A stretch of DNA of 64,000 bases from a virus (lineage: Duplodnaviria > Heunggongvirae > Uroviricota > Caudoviricetes). Shown here one piece after another: positions 43,450 to 54,397 of the stretch (positions are counted from its first letter, which is position 1; each line of letters begins with the position of its first letter). A model generated the notes under the pieces. That model did no database searches, had not been told where the DNA came from, and was given only the letters and a program-made list of their open reading frames with translations. The stretch lies in IMG/VR virus record IMGVR_UViG_3300024333_000003. One strand, given 5' to 3'. Made by a program: the position numbers and the translations under genes.

Positions 43450-43523
43450 GCTCCTATAGCTCAATTGGATAGAGCGCTTCGCTACGAACGAAGAGGTTGT
43501 AGGTTCAAGTCCTATTAGGAGTA
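43450..43523 (+). tRNA. tRNA-Arg (ACG)
   Basis: Anticodon arm CUUCG-CUACGAA-CGAAG. Confidence 0.8.
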
Positions 43524-44098
43524 CTATGATAGCACAATTACTATTTCAAATACTACAGTTTATAGCTATTTCACTTTTTGACTTGTGGCAAATGGCTAAA
43601 AAAGAATTATTATATTGGGAAGCAATAATGGATACATTACCGTTTTTACCTCCCGACGTTGAAGAAGATACATTAATACTAAAAAACACTGCATCAGAGA
43701 ATATATCTGTGGGCCAATTTATATTTTGGTTTGCTGAAGTCGCATTAATGTTAATATTCTGGAGTGGTTATACATTTGTATCGCTTGTAATGTTTCTATG
43801 TACGGTATTTTTATTCTATGCGGGGGTTGAAGACTTAATGTTCTTTTTGTTTTCTCGTTGGATAAAATTACCGGAAAGTTGGTGGCGCTCTCGAGAAGTT
43901 ATTCACATTCTAGGATTTCGTTTACCAAAATATATGCCTTGGTTACCAAGAACGCGCCAAATCGGAAAGTTAAAAATACCTAGTTATTGGATGAAATTTT
44001 TCGGCGGAGAGGTTGGTGATACCGTTGAATTATATAAAGGTGGAATTATTGCTTGGATATTAGTTATTGCTATAATAAGTTTGGTATAAGATAATTAT

Positions 44099-44172
44099 AC
44101 CCCTATAGTCTAATTGGATAAAACGTCGCGCTTCGGACGCGAATAGTGCGGGTTCGAGTCCTGCTGGGGGTA
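44099..44172 (+). tRNA. tRNA-Arg (UCG)
   Basis: Anticodon arm UCGCG-CUUCGGA-CGCGA. Confidence 0.75.
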
Positions 44173-44711
44173 CATGTTTAAGGCATATGAACAAATAGAA
44201 TTAGCAGTTATTACTACCGCTGCTATAAAAAAATTATTCTTTGACGATTACTCAACTCTCACTTTCACAATCAAACCTATGGAACAACATATAACAGATA
44301 TAGAAAATTTTATACACAATGCTACAACAGACAAATGTGTAGAATTGTTAAGGACGTTGTCCAAAGATATAGAACTTGCTATTAAACCGGACGCCATACA
44401 TGTTAAACTGAGGGCGTTGGCGCTAGAAATGGATTTAGAAGATTACCGAAAATTATTATTAACACAGTTACTCAATTCAATGGCCGCCGTAAAAAGCAAA
44501 TTACATACTAATTTGGGAATTAAAGAATGAGAAAAATAACAGTAGAAAAAGCAGATAATACCAGACATTGTCATAAATGTCAAGCAAAGATAATAAAAAA
44601 TGAAAAATTTGTACTTTGCACTAATGATGCTTATATACCTGTTTATTGTAATATTTGTTCAATTTGTATGACAAATCTAACTAATAAGGTGCTCGGATTA
44701 AAAAATTAACT

Positions 44712-45926
44712 TTGTACCAAAAAAGCAAAACAGGAAAAATTAAAGTATTAGAATTCTGGACTGTAAAAGAAAAATTCTATACTCGTTGGGGGCAATTAAA
44801 CGGTAAACAGCAAGAAACTGTGAAGGTATGTGTGGGAATGAATATCGGTAAAGCTAATGAAACTACACCTGCAGAGCAGGCATTGGCAGAGATGGAAGCC
44901 AAGATCGTAATTAAGAAAAAAGAAGGTTACGATACAAAGATGCCTTCAGTTACCTCATCAATAGTGCAAACTGTTATTGATCTGGATAATATACCAGAAG
45001 CATTTTGTCCTAATAAACCTATATCTAAAACACCACAATCAATTATTGATGGTAAAAATACGTATGGACAAAGAAAATTCGATGGGCATTGCTTATTCTT
45101 GGTTAAAGGCAAAACTACCGAAAAAGTATTTTCACGTCGTATGGAAGATCGTACAGACGTATTAATACAGTTACCGCCTATAAAAAAATTATTGGCTATA
45201 CTACCAAGTGAAACGTTTTTATTAACCGAATTTATATATTATAACAACACAACAAAACGTGAATCGCCTAGACATGTAGCGCAGGTTGTTCGTAAAGATG
45301 ATGCTGCGGAGGCTATATCGCGTTATAACGAGTTATCAAAAGATGGACAATTCAACTGTATCCCCTTCGATGTCCTATTCTTCAAAGGAGATTTTGTCGG
45401 AAATAGAGAATATACTAAACGATTCGAATTACTCAAATCTATCAATATCAACGTGCCCCCCATATACACAGATTGGAAGGAGCTACTTCAATTTGCCGAA
45501 GAAGAAAATTGGGAGGGTTTTGTCCTTCGTGTGCCAGGTGAGAAATCATATATCTCTTATACAATGGATGGAGAAGCACATCGAGCGGGAAGTTATAAAT
45601 ACAAATTTCTCAAAACTGATGACTTTTTTGTCACAGAATGGCTTAAGGGAAAATCCGGAAAACACGCCAATTTTTATGCGAAGTTTGCTGTGGCACAATA
45701 CGACTCCAAAGGCACCATTATCGATCGTGGATATGTCGGCCCTGGTAAACTAACTCACGATGAACTAGCACAACTTACAAAGGATCTAAATTCTGGTAAA
45801 GTAAAAAAGAACTTTGTAATCGAAGCTGAATATCAGGATATTCAAGATTCTGGAAAATTACAGTTTGGAATAATTCAGCGACTACGACCAGATAAAATAC
45901 ACACAGAATGCGTGGTTGAAGAATGA
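44712..45926 (+). CDS. ATP-dependent nucleotidyltransferase ligase (DNA or RNA ligase)
   Basis: KFDGHC (motif I KxDG), EGFVLRV (motif IV), YKYKFLK (motif V). Confidence 0.6.
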   Translation: MYQKSKTGKIKVLEFWTVKEKFYTRWGQLNGKQQETVKVCVGMNIGKANETTPAEQALAEMEAKIVIKKKEGYDTKMPSVTSSIVQTVIDLDNIPEAFCPNKPISKTPQSIIDGKNTYGQRKFDGHCLFLVKGKTTEKVFSRRMEDRTDVLIQLPPIKKLLAILPSETFLLTEFIYYNNTTKRESPRHVAQVVRKDDAAEAISRYNELSKDGQFNCIPFDVLFFKGDFVGNREYTKRFELLKSININVPPIYTDWKELLQFAEEENWEGFVLRVPGEKSYISYTMDGEAHRAGSYKYKFLKTDDFFVTEWLKGKSGKHANFYAKFAVAQYDSKGTIIDRGYVGPGKLTHDELAQLTKDLNSGKVKKNFVIEAEYQDIQDSGKLQFGIIQRLRPDKIHTECVVEE

Positions 45927-46086
45927 ATGGAAAACGAGCTAAGGCTTTGCGTAAGAAAGCCTATAAAATAACAAAAGATGCGCCTTGGGTAGAATATTAC
46001 GATAAAAAATCAGTTCCATTAGTAATGAAACCCACTTGCACAAGAAAAGTGTATCAACTATTGAAAGCCAAATAATTGGCTTTCTT

Positions 46087-46173
46087 GGAGAGTGTCCGGT
46101 TTGGTCGAGGAACCAATCTTGAAAATTGCGCGCGGCATTATGTCCGTCTGGGGTTCGAATCCCTAACTCTCCG
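46087..46173 (+). tRNA. tRNA-Ser (UGA), class II
   Basis: Acceptor GGAGAGU/ACUCUCC, anticodon loop CUUGAAA, long variable arm. Confidence 0.75.
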
Positions 46174-46177
46174 CATA

Positions 46178-46266
46178 GGAAAGTCTGACCTCATTGGTGC
46201 GGGGCCTGGTCTCGAAAACCAGTAGGCGTGTAGTGCGCCATAGGAGTTCGAATCTCCTACTTTCCG
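46178..46266 (+). tRNA. tRNA-Ser (CGA), class II
   Basis: Anticodon arm CUGGU-CUCGAAA-ACCAG. Confidence 0.75.
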
Positions 46267-47006
46267 CATGAGACAATATCTTATTATAAAAACTAAAACA
46301 AATGGTATAGTGGCAATAGTAGCCTCGGAAAATAATGTATTACGTGTAGTATTTGCATATACTAATAATTTAAGAATTGCGTTGGAAGAGACTATTAAAC
46401 ATGGTCTACATAAAAGAAGATTCGTCACGAAAACTAAATTGATAACTATTAATGCATCACCAAAAGACGCCGACTTTTTGAAAAAGCTAAAACAATATTT
46501 AATATTGTCGTTTGATTATGACGTAAAATTAATGGAGATAAAAAATGAACATATACAGCATGACGACAGAAAACATGACTGAGTTTGCAAACCAAGTAAA
46601 GGAAGTGCTTGTTAACAATCTATTAGAAAATAAAGTTATAACTAAAGAACAACATGCACTCGTATCAGAAGATTATTGTGTAGTAGTTACACCTAAAGAC
46701 ATATTAGGACGAGTTTTTGATAAAGTACGAAATCGGAAAGATACAGAAAAGCTACTAATAACTGTTTTAAAAGGACAGCATGTAAAATGAGTACATTGTT
46801 GGCTACATTTCATAAACCAATAAATTGTCGGGCGATAAATCCAAAATTCCAGGACGAAGAATCTGCAAAAGTGATTGCAATACAAACAGAAACGGGCACC
46901 GACAAAAATGGTACATTAAATATTTATACTTCATATTTAGTAGTATTTCATAATATGAATTTGTGGATGGATAGCATAGAAGTTAAACTGCAACCTTAAA
47001 ATAAAA

Positions 47007-47088
47007 GCGCAAATGGTGGAACTGGCAGACACACCATCTTGAGGGGGTGGCGGAGAAATCCATAAGGGTTCGAGTCCCTTTTTGCGCA
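47007..47088 (+). tRNA. class II tRNA, probably Leu (GAG)
   Basis: Acceptor GCGCAAA/UUUGCGC, anticodon arm CCAUC-UUGAGGG-GGUGG (one G-U pair), long variable arm. Confidence 0.55.
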
Positions 47089-47641
47089 CAATCATAAACT
47101 AAATAAAAAGGTATATTATGGAAAGCAAAAGATTGTTATTTCAACGTGAAATAGAAACATCTATCAACGATATTCGGGATTACAGTGATTTTATATTTGC
47201 AGTTGGTTTGGATATAAAGGAACTCACACCAGAGGTGTTGAAACTAGATATTATACCAACAATGATAATTTCAACATCCGCGTTTAACGCATTGGCCAAA
47301 ATGAATATCCCAAAAGATTTTCTGGATAAATTAAAACAGGCTTCAATGTATACTTGTCCTTGGACTGAAAATACGTATTTCGGTACATTACCGATAGCAG
47401 TGGCAACATTTAATAAAAACAATTATAAAGACTTATTAACGGATTATCAATTAGACACCGAATTTCATCTCAGTATGAATGGCGGCGATGTTAAGAAATT
47501 ACTTATTCCAAACCTTGTAGAATTATCATTTATAGGGCATGGTTATACGTCTGCAACACTTCCCAGCGATGGTTCCCATACACTAGTACTTTGTACGATT
47601 GAATTACCTAATAAAGATTTTGCTATCTGTTTAACTTATGC

Positions 47642-48355
47642 ATGGCACAACAAATGATCAGAATATTTCAAGTTGGTGGTAGTGTTAGAGATTTAATATT
47701 ACGCGTTAAGTCAAAAGATATTGATTATGCAGTAGTAGCAGTTTCTTGGGAAGAAATGAGAAATTATATTCTTGCCAAAGGCAAAATATATCTCGAGACC
47801 CCAGAATACTTCACTATCCGTGCTCATATAGATGGTTTTGGTGATGCTGATTTTGTGTTATGTCGAAAGGATGGTAACTATTCAGACGGTCGTAGACCTG
47901 ATACTGTTGAGTTGGGCACATTGTATGACGATCTAGCCAGACGTGATTTCACAATGAATGCTATTGCGATCGACATGCAAGATCCAAAGCGTCCTTTTAT
48001 TGACCCGCATGGTGGGTTGATTGACATACAAAATAATCTCATTAAATGTGTTGGTAAGCCCGAAGATCGCTTCAATGAAGATGCTTTACGCATGCTACGC
48101 GCGTTAAGATTTGCCGTAACCAAAAAAATGCAGATCGACTTATCAGTAGAAGCATGTTTTGGTAATCGTGAGTTATTAAACAAATTGAATAATCGTATTT
48201 CTTGGGAACGTAAAAAAGACGAATTGTTTAAAATGTTCAAAACAAGTACAACACGAACTTTTGAATTGTTTGATCGATACCCATCAATGCGCGACGTATT
48301 ACTTTCTGATGACAAACCTTTGTGGCTTGAACCAACTTTACGAGCACGCCCATGA
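47642..48355 (+). CDS. tRNA nucleotidyltransferase (CCA-adding enzyme head domain)
   Basis: GGSVRD...DID nucleotidyltransferase motif, RRDFTMNA, EDALRMLRALRF. Confidence 0.7.
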   Translation: MAQQMIRIFQVGGSVRDLILRVKSKDIDYAVVAVSWEEMRNYILAKGKIYLETPEYFTIRAHIDGFGDADFVLCRKDGNYSDGRRPDTVELGTLYDDLARRDFTMNAIAIDMQDPKRPFIDPHGGLIDIQNNLIKCVGKPEDRFNEDALRMLRALRFAVTKKMQIDLSVEACFGNRELLNKLNNRISWERKKDELFKMFKTSTTRTFELFDRYPSMRDVLLSDDKPLWLEPTLRARP

Positions 48356-48918
48356 AACTAGGAATATTTGGTGGCAGTTTTGATCCGCCGCACGCTGGAC
48401 ATTTATGGTTGTGTAGAAGTGCTCAGGAATTATATCATTTGGATAGTATAGCTATGGTGCCTAATGCGCTTTCTCCATTAAAGGATCATAAACATACAGA
48501 AGCTCATCATATAGTCGCTATGACACGATTAACGGCGTTCGAATGCGAAAGTACTTATTGTGATACAACAGAGATTTGCCGTGATAAGGTATCATATACT
48601 ATAGACACTGTAAAATTATTTAAAGATCATTATCCAGAAGATGATTTATATTTGCTGTTAGGTGGTGATTCATTATTAGATTTTTACCGTTGGAAGGACC
48701 CTAATGAACTTGTAGAGATTATCGGGCACGAACATATTTTAGTGGCTGAACGAAGTACTGCACCTCTGATGGCACATAAGTTTCGGTCGCTACCTATGCC
48801 CTACATACAAGTGAGTTCAACGGATATTCGTAATCGAATAAAAAATCATTTGACAATAAAAGGATTAGTAGTTGATTCGGTGCGTGAATATATAATCGAA
48901 CGTAAGCTGTATCTATAA
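48352..48918 (+). CDS. nicotinate/nicotinamide mononucleotide adenylyltransferase (NMNAT/NadD-like)
   Basis: GGSFDPPHAGH (T/HxGH) motif. Confidence 0.75.
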   Translation: MKLGIFGGSFDPPHAGHLWLCRSAQELYHLDSIAMVPNALSPLKDHKHTEAHHIVAMTRLTAFECESTYCDTTEICRDKVSYTIDTVKLFKDHYPEDDLYLLLGGDSLLDFYRWKDPNELVEIIGHEHILVAERSTAPLMAHKFRSLPMPYIQVSSTDIRNRIKNHLTIKGLVVDSVREYIIERKLYL

Positions 48919-48922
48919 TTAT

Positions 48923-48996
48923 AGAGCTATCGTACAATTGGTTTAGTACACAAGACTTTGGATCTTGGAATCGGAGTTCGAATCTCTGTAGCTCTG
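48923..48996 (+). tRNA. tRNA-Gln (UUG)
   Basis: Anticodon arm CAAGA-CUUUGGA-UCUUG. Confidence 0.8.
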
Positions 48997-49003
48997 CATT
49001 TTT

Positions 49004-49076
49004 TGGGATGTAGTTCAATTGGTGGAACGTCAGTCTCTGGAACTGAATGATAAAGGTTCGAGTCCTTTCATCCCAG
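49004..49076 (+). tRNA. tRNA-Gln (CUG)
   Basis: Anticodon arm UCAGU-CUCUGGA-ACUGA. Confidence 0.8.
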
Positions 49077-50125
49077 CGTATGAAACAAATTTTATATTAT
49101 GAAATGGACTACATGGAATTTGATAAATTAGTTAATAAACATATTCCAGCGTTTAAAGGTGATTACGAATTTGTGGCCTGTCATGAAGCAAATAATTATG
49201 CAGCATATACTTTTAATGTTGAAATGCCTAAAGATGACAAGTCATATTTAGATATTGAGCGTAAAATCCTATTAGGAGAAGATCGATATACGCGTTATAT
49301 ATTAATGTATTTGGTAAAACTCGGTGTACTGGCGCCAGGAAATTATTTAATAAACGTATTTTGGTAATTGCAAAAGATCGTCTAATATGAATAAGACAGC
49401 GGAGTACATCCGCTAAATAGTAGATTCAAAACCTACCTTTTGCTTCATGTATAATTTTAAACGTGGTGATAAGGTTGTAGATATATTAGACGGTCAGAAA
49501 GGCATTGTTATGCGTTATGCTTCTGAAGACCGTGATAATTATACTTATGTACAAGTAAGATGGGAAAATGGTGATACAACAATAATAAGAGAAATGGAAT
49601 TAGTATATGATAAACACTAAACAATCCTGCGGCGAAGCAAAGGCTACAAACATAATGGAAGGTAGTTTGTATAAACTGCAGACATTACAAGATGAAACAC
49701 AGGCAATAATTAACACGATCGCAGAAAAAACCGAGTCAATTCGGCAACAATTGCCGAAGGAAGCTATATTGGATATGGGATGCAATAAAGGTATAAATAC
49801 TTCAAAAATACAAAATATACTACAAGATCGTATTAGTCAACAAGATCTTATCGTAAAATTATTGCAGGAATTACTTTCAGAGTTAATTATATAATACAAT
49901 ACATAGAATACGAGTATAGACGAACTGGAAAATTTCTCGTAGCGTAGAGTCACTCCATAACGCCCAGATATACACGGAATCTGGGGTCGCGGTCAAAGCC
50001 CTAAATGCAATGCATACCTGAGTCCAGTTAGGCTGTAATTAGATAATGGTTATAATTACAATTGACAGGCCAATAGGGAGGAGAAAACCTTTTCACGGTG
50101 ACATCGGAAATCCGTGACTATGTGT

Positions 50126-50197
50126 GCCGGCTTAGCTCAGCGGTAGAGCAGGGCACCTGTAATGCTCAGGTCGGGGGTTCAAATCCCTCAGTCGGCT
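50126..50197 (+). tRNA. tRNA-Thr (UGU) with C33 (tentative)
   Basis: Anticodon arm GGGCA-CCUGUAA-UGCUC. Confidence 0.6.
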
Positions 50198-50219
50198 CAG
50201 AAAAATATACAATTGTATA

Positions 50220-50292
50220 GCCAGCTTAGCTCAATTGGTGGAGCAGTGCTTTCGTAAAGCAAAGGTCAAGAGTTCGACTCTCTTAGTTGGCT
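50220..50292 (+). tRNA. tRNA-Thr (CGU)
   Basis: Anticodon loop UUCGUAA; T-loop UUCGACU. Confidence 0.7.
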
Positions 50293-50629
50293 CGTTATGA
50301 AATTCCACATACCAAAAGAAAACATACCTTATCGTATTATGCGAGATATTGAAATAGAATTAGTGGGTCTTGATAGTGATAGTCGAAAGAAAATGCAGAC
50401 GCGTGGATTTCAAGAGACATTTCACACTGATCCTTTTTACTTACATGCGAAAGATATAATAAAAATCACTACTTGGAGCAATAAACAGGAATATGTGAAG
50501 ATTCGTATATTATCCTCTAGTGATAAACTATATGAAAAATTATGTGGATATGTTCGAGATCCTTCGAATGATCCAAGTTCAACATTTGACTTTTTAAATG
50601 ATGTTGAAATAGAAGAAATTCCGGTATAA

Positions 50630-51190
50630 GATTATGTGGCAGAGGCGACTCTACCGCACTTGCGTTTAATGTATTAATTTAGTATATTAATTTGGGCTCG
50701 ACAGGAATCGATTGAATGAGATGTAGTATAAATGCATAGCGTCAGTGAACCGATGACGTAAAATCCGTTTAAACAATAAGTGCAGAAGAAAAATCTGACA
50801 TGACTTTTGAACAGGCTTTGGCACTAGTCGAAGTACCTGTAGCCGTAATGGCCTAATCGCTGACAAGAGAACTCGATAGCAAGGCCCCAATTGCTATGAG
50901 TGCGATAAACGGGGATGTAGGCCACTTGTCCGAATACAAGTAAGTCCTAAGTATGTAGTTGTAGCAGACGACCGACTAAAAATACAACTAACTATGTGAA
51001 TGAATTTTTATTAAATCCATGCAAGACCGGGGTTCGACTTAGTATTAGGTCGCTTATATAGAAATATATATGACAAAAGAAAGCTCAAACGGCGAAACCC
51101 CTGCTAATAGCGAGGTAACACCGTCGGGTATGTAAAGAAATTTAACAGCTCGCTATCGACTTATAGAACTCTAAAGTATAAAAACTATGA
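50630..51190. ncRNA. ~560-nt ORF-free structured region (candidate ribozyme/ncRNA)
   Basis: Stops in all frames and many local hairpins. AAUUGC and CCGACUAAAAAU / UAGGUCGC motifs loosely resemble group I P and R/S elements. Confidence 0.3.
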
Positions 51191-51194
51191 GTTA

Positions 51195-51641
51195 CTAGGA
51201 TAGTTGGAAAAATTCTTTTTCAAATTGTTTTTTTCGTCGTATTTGTTCTTTGGTGTATTTACCGTTGCGAACAGTCAATTTAGCATAATATCTTATAATG
51301 AATTTCATCCGACGTGATTTCTTTGGATGTCTAATATAAGGCAATAATTTATGCATTACGTCTATTGCATCAGCACGAGTTATTTTCCAACTATATGCAA
51401 TCATGTAATTTCGCTTTTGACGGCCATGATTACAAATAATTCCGCCAAAATATCGTTGTAACGGTAATAAAATTTCTAAACACGTATTAGCTACAGATAA
51501 CACAGGTGATCTGTACTCTCCGGAGTGATTATGTGTTAATGTAACTGAACCCTCACCATCGACGATGCCGGCGGTCCAACTATAAATGCTTTCTATCTTC
51601 GTAGTCTTTTTGGACATGGTAATCTTTTCTCCTATATCCAA
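51195..51641 (-). CDS. LAGLIDADG homing endonuclease (free-standing, single motif)
   Basis: AGIVDGEGSV motif. Confidence 0.7.
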   Translation of the reverse strand: MDIGEKITMSKKTTKIESIYSWTAGIVDGEGSVTLTHNHSGEYRSPVLSVANTCLEILLPLQRYFGGIICNHGRQKRNYMIAYSWKITRADAIDVMHKLLPYIRHPKKSRRMKFIIRYYAKLTVRNGKYTKEQIRRKKQFEKEFFQLS

Positions 51642-51784
51642 AATATACTAAAAGATAAGGGAATAGTCAAGTCTAAAATGAAAATTTTAGAGTTACTGCC
51701 CCGCGAGTCCACCAAGGAGGTTTCTTTTCGTAGTACGTTATACTTCCTCCGTTCAAAATAAATAAAGGAAAACGTACCAAGACT

Positions 51785-51857
51785 GCGGGGTACGTTGGAA
51801 ATGGTCCCCACGAGAGTCTCATAAGCTCTGCATGCAGGTTCAAGTCCTGTCCCCGCT
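51785..51857 (+). tRNA. tRNA-Met (CAU)
   Basis: Anticodon arm AGAGU-CUCAUAA-GCUCU; acceptor GCGGGG/CCCCGC. Confidence 0.65.
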
Positions 51858-52565
51858 ACAAATCGGCCGGATCGAGATTGTTATCATAGATTCGACTTCT
51901 ATTTCTCCCGCCAAGAAAAAATTTGGGAGAAAGCGCAATGGACGCACTCAGTCTCACAACATTGCCGATCTATTTTTAAGGAAAATAAATGACTGCGTTA
52001 TTCGTTATTTTCACTATAATTGTTTCAGTGCTTATTGATCTGGCTGTTCAAGCACATCGTAAACATAAATCATTAAAAACAAAGCCAGAGATTTATTTAC
52101 ATGATCCAACACTCACTATGTGTGATGGCGGACAATTAAAGGAACAAGATATGAAATAGGGCTATATCAATACCTCGTAAACTCACCAGTTTATAATATT
52201 AATAACCGCGACAATAAGTCGCTATATATTTTTACTAAAACTGGAGTTTACAATGACAAAAGAACAATACAATCAACTAAAATCCGAGCTTAAAATCTTA
52301 GCTCAATTTCTTCATTACGACAACTATAATTCACGTGCCTACCAATCACAAAATGCCGGTGGCAAAAAGAAACCAAAAGAAATACCAGAACAATTAGAAA
52401 AGCAATTTAAGGAATTAAATATAAGTCCTTGGAGAGCTCACTATGAGTATAGACATAAACACATATTTATGTCTTTACAACGTGGTAAAAAACGTGAACA
52501 AATCGAAAGACCAAGACAAGGTAACGAACCCGATGAAAATTACATCAAAAAACTTGTGGAGCAGT

Positions 52566-52865
52566 ATGAAACAGTTGAACAGACTGTATGTGTTAGTGCG
52601 TGAAGACTTAAATCTTACATACGCTGGAGTTCAAGCTGGACATGCAGTAGCAAAATTTATGTTAGAATTCCCAGGTATATGGTGTAATACTACACTTATA
52701 TATTTGCGGATAAAGAATGAGGATAAGCTTATAGAATGGCGTGACAAATTAATTGTCAGAGGTATTCCGTATGCTTTATTTAGAGAACCTGATTTAATGA
52801 ATCAGGCAACTGCCGTCGCTGTATTGAGCGATGGTAATATATTTAAAAATGTAAAATTATTGTGA
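52566..52865 (+). CDS. Pth2-family peptidyl-tRNA hydrolase
   Basis: YVLVREDLNLTYAGVQAGHAVAKF matches the PTH2 core LVVRTDLxMxxGKxAAQCxHA; ATG 52566 with GGAG upstream. Confidence 0.55.
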   Translation: MKQLNRLYVLVREDLNLTYAGVQAGHAVAKFMLEFPGIWCNTTLIYLRIKNEDKLIEWRDKLIVRGIPYALFREPDLMNQATAVAVLSDGNIFKNVKLL

Positions 52866-52949
52866 CAGTAAAAAATGAAACTATGCAGTTAAAACCACCA
52901 AATGGGCCGGGGATCCATAGCCTCGTTAACCTCCTTTGGGCTGGCGTGT

Positions 52950-53700
52950 TGCCCATTAACCTTATTGGTTAGCTATGAACAATCATAGTACTGTTCGCCA
53001 GAACTGCATTCCAGAATGATTTAGGTTAATTGCGAAAGCCCCTGGAACAGGGGAGTCCTACGCATACTTACCCGTCGTAGGTGAGCCTGTCTAATTATGG
53101 GTTAGACCCAGGGTCGATCCAAAAGGTAAGCTCGATCGAAATTAACTATTGTCTGCGTGGCCGAGAACGAAATAAGCACTAGTCTCTAAAACTAGTTACA
53201 CGGGGTCGTTCCCCGTCGCAGACACTTATTCCTCTGTGGTGAAATGAAAAGAGATGTATATTTGTTACGTATTAATATACATTACTAAGTCACTAGATTG
53301 AATTAGTAGGTGACAGCATCGAGTTACCAGTATAGACTGTTCTTTATGGTCAAGTTCAGAGCAAGTGTATTGGAAGAATAACTAGGATGAAGCGATTAAA
53401 CCAATTGTCATGCGACGAACGTTTAGTTGCGTAGCGGCTGAATATTCAATTGAAAATTAGAATGGGATCTTTACTACTCCCTGTCGAACGCTTACAAACG
53501 GAACTGACTGTCAGTAGACTAAAAGTAATGCTGCAGGTTTGAGTCCTGCCAGAGGGATAAATTTTTATCCGGACGGCGTATTATTCTCTCGACGCCTAAT
53601 AAATATGGGGAGATTATCAGTCCTGTCATAAACAATTCCGCTCAATGAGCACCGGAGCCATTTGATAGGACTTTTGCATTATATATGGCTCCGCCACGAT
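52950..53700 (+). ncRNA. group I intron-like ribozyme core in an ORF-free region
   Basis: P4-P6-like UUAAUUGCGAAAGCCCCUGGAACAGGGGAGUCCUACGCAUAC (~53024-53065). R-like CAGUAGACUAAAAG (~53515-53528) and S-like AUUAUCAGUCC (~53609-53619) can form P7. Confidence 0.45.
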
Positions 53701-53728
53701 TACAAAAAACTTTATATCAGGAGATATA

Positions 53729-54397
53729 ATGAATGTACTAAAGAAGGCGCTATCCCCGTTCTGGAATTTTGCTCCAGATTCTGGGCAAGAAACCCCTTCT
53801 GCTGATGAGCAGCTGGCCACGCCCGAAAAAATGGCAACGCCCGCACAAAAAAGTATTAAGCCTGGACGTCAGACAGTTGATGAAGAAATTCTGCAACAAA
53901 TAGTTGCAGATGTTGATAAAGCAACGCCATCAGTCCTGTCGGATTTTTATGGTCTTGTCGAGTCATTATCGGAAGCTATTGCCGATGAGTCTGCTAGATT
54001 TAAATCTGCTTTTATTGCTTTGCAAAAACAAGGAAAAGCAAGTGTAGAAATTTTATTAAATGCTATTACCGCAAAATTCAGTGCTGTAGATGCGGCATCG
54101 GAGCAATTTGATGCTGAATTGTCCGAATCGCAAAAAGGTATTGATACAAAAAGACATCAAGCGGCAAAGATCGATGATACCATTGCAGAATTAAATGATC
54201 AAATCGAGAAGCTAAAAGTACAAGCTAATGATTTATTGGTTGGTGCCGCACAAGAGGAGCAACAATTGTCTGCGCAAAAAGATGTATTTACTGCTACGCT
54301 CGATTCGGTACGTACTGCAATTAGAGAGCAAGAAACAAAAATAAAAACATATCTAGCAACACAAACAACTTCAACGCAAAAGAGAAAGGCACGTTAA
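53729..54397 (+). CDS. coiled-coil protein (222 aa)
   Basis: Strong RBS AGGAG 8 nt upstream; heptad-rich sequence. Confidence 0.5.
   Translation: MNVLKKALSPFWNFAPDSGQETPSADEQLATPEKMATPAQKSIKPGRQTVDEEILQQIVADVDKATPSVLSDFYGLVESLSEAIADESARFKSAFIALQKQGKASVEILLNAITAKFSAVDAASEQFDAELSESQKGIDTKRHQAAKIDDTIAELNDQIEKLKVQANDLLVGAAQEEQQLSAQKDVFTATLDSVRTAIREQETKIKTYLATQTTSTQKRKAR

Noticed and set aside
50630-51190. Phage-encoded tmRNA
   Set aside because: There is no tRNA-Ala-like acceptor/T-arm pairing at the ends and no tag-peptide reading frame.
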